From: Candidatus Saccharimonadota bacterium
Lineage (GTDB): Bacteria; Patescibacteriota; Saccharimonadia; Saccharimonadales; UBA4665
Reading direction: 5' to 3'
Assembly (NCBI GenBank): GCA_003516025.1
Contig: CP023991.1
Coordinates: 751,374 to 783,373, forward strand
DNA length: 32,000 nucleotides
The translations under genes were made by a program, and so were the position numbers. The notes beneath the pieces are model-generated. The model saw nothing but the letters and a program-made list of their open reading frames with translations. It made no database searches and had not been told where the DNA came from. Numbering within the stretch: the stretch's first letter is position 1; every line of letters starts with the position of its first letter. Positions 30,173-32,000 of this stretch are shown here, piece by piece.

Positions 30173-30922
30173 ATGCGATATGTCGCTTTAACTGCGGCTA
30201 CTCTTAGTAGTGCCTTTTTATTGACACTGGGTAGTCCTGCGTTACCTACAGCATCATCAACCGATGCGGATGGCAATAGCGCGAACAAAACCACAAATAT
30301 TACAAAACTCACGACTTCGAAAGTTCTGCTTGCCAGCCAGGCAAAAACTCCAAAAACGGCAGCCACTAATGATGCGGCACCCGTACAGCAGCCTGAAGCG
30401 CCACAACCAAATATGATTACTGTGGCTCCTGGTGATACGCTCAGCAGCATCGCCGAAGCGAATGGCACGACATTCAAACGATTGTTCGACGCCAATGAAA
30501 CTGTCAAAGACCCCAATGTTATCTACCCCGCCGATCAATTGCGGATTCCAACCGCCGACGAGCAACTCGCTGACCGCCCTCTGCCTGCCGCGGCACCAGC
30601 CGTCGTAGCACCCGCACCTGTTGTCGCAGCGGCACCAGCCCCAGTTCGAATCCCAGCCACGTCAAATGCCCCAGCAGTCGCTGATGGCAGCGTCTGGGAC
30701 CGCTTAGCCCAGTGTGAAGCTGGCGGTAACTGGGCCATCAATACCGGCAACGGTTTTTACGGCGGCCTCCAGTTTACCCAAAGTAGCTGGCAAGCCGTAG
30801 GCGGCTCTGGCATGCCCAACCAGGCCAGCCGCGAAGAACAGGTTTTACGCGGCCAAATGCTTCAAGCCCGCCAGGGTTGGGGCGCATGGCCCGCCTGTAG
30901 CGCCAAGCTCGGCTTATATTAA
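30173..30922 (+). CDS. Secreted LysM-domain / resuscitation-promoting-factor (Rpf) transglycosylase-like protein
   Basis: Signal peptide, LysM domain (ITVAPGDTLSSIAEANGTTFKRLFDANE...IYPADQLRIP), a Pro/Ala linker, and an Rpf domain WDRLAQCEAGGNWAINTGNGFYGGLQFTQSSW...WGAWPACSAKLG. The Rpf domain is very close to actinobacterial Rpf cores. Confidence 0.9.
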   Translation: MRYVALTAATLSSAFLLTLGSPALPTASSTDADGNSANKTTNITKLTTSKVLLASQAKTPKTAATNDAAPVQQPEAPQPNMITVAPGDTLSSIAEANGTTFKRLFDANETVKDPNVIYPADQLRIPTADEQLADRPLPAAAPAVVAPAPVVAAAPAPVRIPATSNAPAVADGSVWDRLAQCEAGGNWAINTGNGFYGGLQFTQSSWQAVGGSGMPNQASREEQVLRGQMLQARQGWGAWPACSAKLGLY

Positions 30923-30943
30923 ACGTCATACATATATGTATGG

Positions 30944-30982
30944 ACATCCCAGGCAGCTCTCCAGGCCGCCTGGGATGTTTTT
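30944..30982 (+). terminator. Rho-independent terminator after the rpf-like gene
   Basis: Stem ACATCCCAGGC (30944-30954) pairs with GCCTGGGATGT (30968-30978) around a 13-nt loop, followed by a T5 run. Confidence 0.75.
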
Positions 30983-31011
30983 GATTCCGTAATATTTGAT
31001 ACCATAGATAG

Positions 31012-32000
31012 ATGCAACTGTCTGATTTCCACTACAACGTACCCGACGAGCTAATTGCCGACCAACCGCCGGAAGTGCGCGGCGATGCCCGCCTTCTGGC
31101 GCTCAACCGCGAAACAGGTGAAATCCAAGATAAGAATTACGGCGACATAGTTGAATTCTTAAACCCTGGCGACGTTTTAATAATTAATGATACAAAAGTA
31201 ATCAAAGCCCGCTTGATGGCCCGCAAATCTTCCGGCGGCGAACGCGAGCTGGTACTGGTGGAAAAACATGGTTCCACCGACGACTGGCACCTGCATAAGG
31301 TTATCTACCGGCGGCGGCTGAAGCCCGGCGACGAACTGTTTGTCGGACCGTACGCGCTGACTGTCGAAGAAATTATCGGCGATGGCATAGCGGTAGTTCG
31401 CAGTGGAAAAGATTTATTAGAGATAGCCGGTGAATACGGTTCGGTTCCCCTGCCGCCCTATATGCGCCGCGAAGCCACTGAAGCCGACACCGAGCGTTAC
31501 CAAACCGTCTTTGCCCGAGAGCAGGGTTCGGTGGCAGCGCCCACTGCCAGCTTGAACATGACCGAAGAAACACTGTCTAAACTTCGTAAAAAAGGCGTGA
31601 GCGTACAGTACGCCACACTGCATGTCGGACTTGGCACTTTCCTGCCTATCAGGGTTGATGATGTTGCCGAGCACAAAATGCACAAAGAATACTTTGAGGT
31701 TCCCGAAGAAACCGTCCGGGTCATGCAAACCGCGAAGCAGAACGGTAAGCGCGTCGTGGCTCTCGGTACTACTATCACCCGGACCCTGGAATACTGCCAC
31801 CAGCAGATTCTGTACGAAACCCCGCAGCAGCTGACCGGTGAAGCCGATATATTCATGTATCCCGGCTACGAGTTCAAAGTTATAGACGCCCTGCTGACCA
31901 ACTTTCATGCTCCGGAATCAACGGTCCTCATGCTAACCGCCGCCTTTGCCGGCTGGAACAAGCTCAAACCTGCCTACGAACACGCGGTCGCGGAACAGTA
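31012..32000 (+). CDS. queA: S-adenosylmethionine:tRNA ribosyltransferase-isomerase QueA (5' part; runs off the window)
   Basis: This gene is not in the ORF track because it has no stop within the window. My own translation gives MQLSDFHYNVPDELIADQPPEVRGDARLL...INDTKVIKARL...GSVAAPTASLNMT...TLHVGLGTFLPIRV...ALGTTITRTLE...LLTNFHAPESTVLMLTAAFAG, which are canonical QueA blocks. Confidence 0.93.
   Translation, partial: MQLSDFHYNVPDELIADQPPEVRGDARLLALNRETGEIQDKNYGDIVEFLNPGDVLIINDTKVIKARLMARKSSGGERELVLVEKHGSTDDWHLHKVIYRRRLKPGDELFVGPYALTVEEIIGDGIAVVRSGKDLLEIAGEYGSVPLPPYMRREATEADTERYQTVFAREQGSVAAPTASLNMTEETLSKLRKKGVSVQYATLHVGLGTFLPIRVDDVAEHKMHKEYFEVPEETVRVMQTAKQNGKRVVALGTTITRTLEYCHQQILYETPQQLTGEADIFMYPGYEFKVIDALLTNFHAPESTVLMLTAAFAGWNKLKPAYEHAVAEQ

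Noticed and set aside
30031-30750. ORFs 30031..30516(-), 30257..30565(-) and 30535..30750(-), opposite the LysM-Rpf gene and its promoter.
   Set aside because: They are antisense to a gene with clear domain content, and their translations are low-complexity (Ala/Gly/Ser/Cys-rich).
31373-31908. ORFs 31417..31908(-), 31497..31856(-) and 31373..31573(-).
   Set aside because: They are antisense to queA, which is missing from the track only because it runs off the window end. The queA frame shows canonical motifs throughout.

Overview
This 32-kb window is a compact, gene-dense bacterial chromosome segment of about 50% GC. I saw no rRNA, tRNA, CRISPR array or transposase. The gene content suggests a small-genome, Patescibacteria/Saccharibacteria-like organism, but that is inference only.

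Layout:
- Left third (1-10.9 kb): plus-strand housekeeping genes. These are a pseudouridine synthase 3' end, der, pth, dprA, topA and a sigma-region-4/HARE-HTH protein. Minus-strand hypothetical genes sit tail-to-tail against them.
- 10.9-11.7 kb: a 750-bp AT-rich non-coding gap marks a convergent strand switch and holds a dif-like 28-mer.
- 11.7-20.4 kb: a reduced minus-strand dcw cluster, mraZ-rsmH-ftsL-ftsI-mraY-ftsW-murG-ftsQ. Four GTGGGT MraZ-type boxes lie upstream, and mraZ and rsmH are separated by an unusual 540-nt spacer with C/A-rich repeats.
- 20.7-30 kb: this stretch looks accessory. It carries an aldo-keto reductase, an MBL hydrolase, a SipW-type peptidase with a TasA/camelysin-like protein, a DUF4868(KwaB)-like gene coupled to a Pif1-family helicase, scramblase/LOR-like and PsiE-like proteins, a NYN nuclease, a decayed epimerase remnant, a serine hydrolase and RNase HI.
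- Right end: a LysM-Rpf muralytic protein and the 5' part of queA.

Most notable leads:
- the KwaB-like/Pif1 operon;
- a roughly 395-nt highly structured orphan RNA with a consensus promoter and an intrinsic terminator;
- the dif-like site;
- widespread promoter-to-ATG spacing that implies leaderless mRNAs.
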